Shown: piece by piece, positions 59,407 through 64,000 of the stretch
Position numbering within the stretch: the first letter of the stretch is position 1
How the letters are laid out: every line of letters begins with the position of its first letter
NCBI GenBank assembly: GCA_963708595.1
Contig: CAVPTR010000045.1
Coordinates: 6,875-70,874 of the forward strand
Length of the DNA stretch: 64,000 bases
Direction of reading: 5' to 3'
Source: an uncultured Verrucomicrobiae bacterium
GTDB taxonomy: Bacteria > Verrucomicrobiota > Verrucomicrobiia > Chthoniobacterales > Terrimicrobiaceae
Position numbers and translations under genes: made by a program
The notes under the pieces: model-generated
Databases searched by the model: none
What the model was told of the DNA's origin: nothing
Seen by the model: only the letters and a program-made list of their open reading frames with translations

Positions 59407-60043
59407 CTTATAGACATTCGAGAAGTGGGCACCGTGCCCACGCAAAAGTTTGTTGGATTAGCTAGTTCGGATCAAGCTTTCTGAAATGTTGTTCAGACAT
59501 CTCTTTTCATGGCCTCTGCCGGAATACGGAAGCACATGCGTCCTCGCGTGCGGTGTTCGACGCCTCGCCGAACACACCTGCCGCCTCAACTTGGCACTCC
59601 AGTCGGCACATCCGGACATGACGCTGACGCCCAGCGGCTGCGGAAGTGATAACTGGCACACGCGGGACGCATGTTTCCCCCAGAAAAAAAGCGAGTTGTT
59701 TTGAGGCTTGCGTCCGGTTCTTCCGGCTCGCGCACCTTCAAACTTGAGGGCTTCTATAGATTCAGTAGGGGTCGAAGAACTCAAATGTGATGAAGCTTTC
59801 GAATTCTTTGAGGAACGCGTTCCAAAAGGTTGTGAGTGGACCTCCGGAAGGGACCTCCAAGCGTCGAGGCGCGGAAGGATCTCTCGAATAACTGAGGCAC
59901 AATGACGCGGCGCGTGGGTGTTCACCGAACCCAGCTGCAACCTTGTACCCGGCATCGCTGATGCGGGTTCGTTGAGAGGCAAACAACGGCAATATCTGTA
60001 AACCCTCCCGACATTTCACAAATATGTGCTTTTCTATCTGCTT

Positions 60044-61051
60044 CTACGCATTCACTCGGTCCAAAGCATGGCTGGCAGCGCCAAGAAGCGCGGCCTGATC
60101 GTTTAAAACGATCTTCACTGGCATCGTTTTCATAAGCCCGGAGAGGCGGCCCTTGTCATTGAACGATTTAATGAAAGCGGCACTCCGGGCTGCGTTGAAC
60201 ATCTTGCCGGGAATGCCACCCCCAAGGTAGACGCCGCCCGTGGCCATCGTTTTAAGTGCCATATTGCCTGCCTCAGCGCCGAAGGAGGACACAAAGATTT
60301 CTATTGTCTGAACGCACATTTGGCATTCGCCGGAATCCGCATACTTGGAAATGACCAAGCCGGGCTTGTGCGTCTCCATTTCCGACGCGACCTGAGGAAG
60401 CTCCCGTCCGCGGCCGGTATCACGAAGAAACTTGTAGATATTTTCCAGGCCCATTCCGGATACCACGCGCTCATAGCTGACATGTCCGTATTGTTTAATG
60501 AGGTATTCAAGGAGCGCGATCTCAACTTCGTTGCGGGGACCGAAATCGGTATGGCCGCCCTCGCAAGCCCACACGCGGTATTTCTTTCTCTTGCCGTCCC
60601 AAAACAGCCCGCCTTCCCCCAGACCTGTGCCCGGAGAAACGACGCAGCGGTTGCCTCCCGGCTCGGCTGGGCCTTCCTGAATGACTTCGAAATCGCTTGG
60701 GCTTAGTTCACTGATTCCATGGGCGTTGGCTTCGAGGTCGTTCAGGATGCTTACCTGAGGAATCGAAAATTCGTTTTCGATCTCGGCAGCATCGATACCC
60801 CAATTGAGATTTGTTGGCTTGGCGCGACCGTATCTCACGGGCCCCGGCACCCCAAAGCACGCAGCAGGGATGTGACCCTTCTCATCCTGTAGAAACTCCT
60901 GGATGATAGCGTTAAGACTGGGATAGTCGGAACTTGGAAATCGATGGTTGCGTTTGATGCTGAGCATATCGCCATTGGCGGACAGTATGGCGAGGTTGCT
61001 CTTGGTTCCGCCGATGTCACCGGCGAGGATCAATTGGGGTTGGTCGGTCAT
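60044..61051 (-). CDS. glk: Glucokinase
   Basis: LILAGDIGGTKSNLAIL... is the ATP-binding motif. ...CFGVPGPV..., with Glk-family length and layout, next to zwf. Confidence 0.85.
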   Translation of the reverse strand: MTDQPQLILAGDIGGTKSNLAILSANGDMLSIKRNHRFPSSDYPSLNAIIQEFLQDEKGHIPAACFGVPGPVRYGRAKPTNLNWGIDAAEIENEFSIPQVSILNDLEANAHGISELSPSDFEVIQEGPAEPGGNRCVVSPGTGLGEGGLFWDGKRKKYRVWACEGGHTDFGPRNEVEIALLEYLIKQYGHVSYERVVSGMGLENIYKFLRDTGRGRELPQVASEMETHKPGLVISKYADSGECQMCVQTIEIFVSSFGAEAGNMALKTMATGGVYLGGGIPGKMFNAARSAAFIKSFNDKGRLSGLMKTMPVKIVLNDQAALLGAASHALDRVNA

Positions 61052-61136
61052 GGGGATGCGGTCTTACTTCGAGGATGCGGGACAGGGTCAGCCTTATCGA
61101 GCCGGTCTCTGGCAGGCGCAGAGAACTCTCCCTCGG

Positions 61137-62666
<1,530 letters not shown>

Positions 62667-62766
62667 TGCGGCTGCAATTAAGCCTTAGGCTATGTCCGGC
62701 TGCAAGGCCGAAGAGTTGCACAGCCCTCGCTTCGCCGGTGCGAGACCAATTCAAGGGCGCGAAATT

Positions 62767-64000
62767 CTACAACTGAATCACACGCGCCGAAAAGATATTG
62801 CCGCTCTCGAGAAGATTGGAGAGCAGCTCGTTGCCGGGCGCGCTGTCTAGGTTGAGCAAAGTGAGAGCCCTGCCTCCCACTTCATTTCGAGACAGGCTCA
62901 TGCTGGCAATGTTCACGTTGTGCATTCCCAGGATGGTGCCGATCTTCCCGACAATTCCAGGGACGTCGTGATTCTCGAGCAGCAGGATCACCCCGCTCGG
63001 CGTCGCCTCGACGGGATTGTTGTTGACACGAACAATTCGGGGTTCGTTCCTTGCGCCGAAAAAGGTGCCGCCAATGGAGACGTTCGTGCCCCCACTCCAG
63101 ACGGCGACGTGCAACCATTCATTAAAATCGGTTTGTTCGGTGGATTTGGTCTCCTCGACAGCGATGCCGCGAGCGACGGCCAGGGAGCGAACGTTGACGC
63201 TATTCACCTCCTCGCCGCCAGTGTGCTTAAGAAAACCGGTAAGAATGGAGCGGGTGACGGCATCATCGGAGGGCAGCTCGACGGCCTTTCCCCCATAGGT
63301 GATGACGATACGATCATTGCGGTTTGGCGCGAGCTGAGCGGCAAAGCGGCCGAGCTTGTCACCAAGGGTGATGTATGGTTTGACGATGGCTGCGGTCTTG
63401 GCGTCCATGCTTGGCATATTGACCGCGTTGCGAATTTCCCCGTCGAGCAGGGCGGCGCGGATAGCTTGCGCAATTTCAATGCCCACATTTTCCTGCGCCT
63501 CGGCCGTACTGGCTCCGAGGTGAGGAGTGAAAACGATGTTCTCCAAATCTCGCAGGGCAAAGTCCGCCGGTGGAGGCTCGACTTCGAAAACGTCGAGCGC
63601 GGCGGCGGCGACATGCCTTGTGCGCAAAGCGTTTCGGAGCGCGGCTTCGTCAATGAGGCCGCCACGGGCGCAGTTGACGATCCGGACACCCTTCTTGCAC
63701 AGAGCAAGCCGGCGCTCATCGAGCATATGACGCGTTTCATCCGTGAGCGGCATATGCATCGAAAGAAAATCGCAGAGCGGCAGAAGCTCATCGATCTGCT
63801 CGACGAGTTCGACCTGAAGGCTGCGCGCTTTGCTGGCGGAAAGGTAGGGGTCGTAAGCGAGGACACGCATTCCGAAGGCGATGGCGCGCCGGGCGATCTC
63901 CGTTCCAACGCGACCCATTCCAAGGATGCCGAGCGTCTTGTTGTAGAGCTCGACGCCTTCGTACCTCTTGCGGTCCCATTTGCCGGCTTTCACACTCGCA
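62767..64000 (-). CDS. serA: D-3-phosphoglycerate dehydrogenase (N-terminus beyond window end)
   Basis: GILGMGRVGTEIARRA is the NAD-binding motif. ...CARGGLIDE...TPHLGAST..., followed by ASB and C-terminal ACT domains (ILLLENHDVPGIVGKIGTILG). The reading frame stays open to the window edge. Confidence 0.88.
   Translation of the reverse strand, partial: ASVKAGKWDRKRYEGVELYNKTLGILGMGRVGTEIARRAIAFGMRVLAYDPYLSASKARSLQVELVEQIDELLPLCDFLSMHMPLTDETRHMLDERRLALCKKGVRIVNCARGGLIDEAALRNALRTRHVAAAALDVFEVEPPPADFALRDLENIVFTPHLGASTAEAQENVGIEIAQAIRAALLDGEIRNAVNMPSMDAKTAAIVKPYITLGDKLGRFAAQLAPNRNDRIVITYGGKAVELPSDDAVTRSILTGFLKHTGGEEVNSVNVRSLAVARGIAVEETKSTEQTDFNEWLHVAVWSGGTNVSIGGTFFGARNEPRIVRVNNNPVEATPSGVILLLENHDVPGIVGKIGTILGMHNVNIASMSLSRNEVGGRALTLLNLDSAPGNELLSNLLESGNIFSARVIQL

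Overview
GC-rich (about 60% by eye) bacterial chromosomal segment of about 60 genes, mostly housekeeping. Gene content and protein architectures suggest a PVC/Verrucomicrobiota-like organism, but that is inference only. I recognised no rRNA, tRNA, CRISPR array, transposase, integrase or prophage genes. Recognisable content, in order: an ArnA-like SDR and an ArnC-like GT2; rpmI-rplT-pheS-pheT; carA; an FHA protein; an HNH endonuclease; a large coiled-coil/TPR protein; thiH-thiS; avtA; a SAM methyltransferase; gatC-gatA; a MalK-like ABC ATPase; a sensor-LuxR regulator and a class I GATase. Next comes a 10-kb 'urea carboxylase' locus (ABC transporter, two DUF1989 proteins, biotin carboxylase, allophanate hydrolase), which by gene context is more likely a guanidine-degradation locus. 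Then DUF5069, DUF4139, rnhC, mutY, trpB, msbA-like, prepilin peptidase, gmhA, a STAS / GAF-PP2C module fused to grpE-dnaJ, nnr, DUF697, bcp, an amidohydrolase, an AaeAB-like efflux set (FUSC, DUF1656, HlyD), a sugar-porter MFS, pyrE, rfbB, an orphan parA, a cell-wall amidase, a YmdB-like phosphoesterase, glk, zwf and serA (partial). The most striking signal is technical or evolutionary rather than a new gene system. A contiguous ~17-kb block (about 15.66-32.60 kb) carries at least ~38 single-nucleotide frame changes, mostly insertion-type, against 6 in the other ~47 kb. The block edges fall inside gatA and rnhC. Secondary observations: an allophanate hydrolase split by a terminator and a STAS gene; a partner-switching module translationally coupled to grpE-dnaJ; several long unassigned intergenic regions with structure; and a prepilin peptidase with a ~94-aa insertion. 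All homology calls come from reading the translations by eye. No database search was run.
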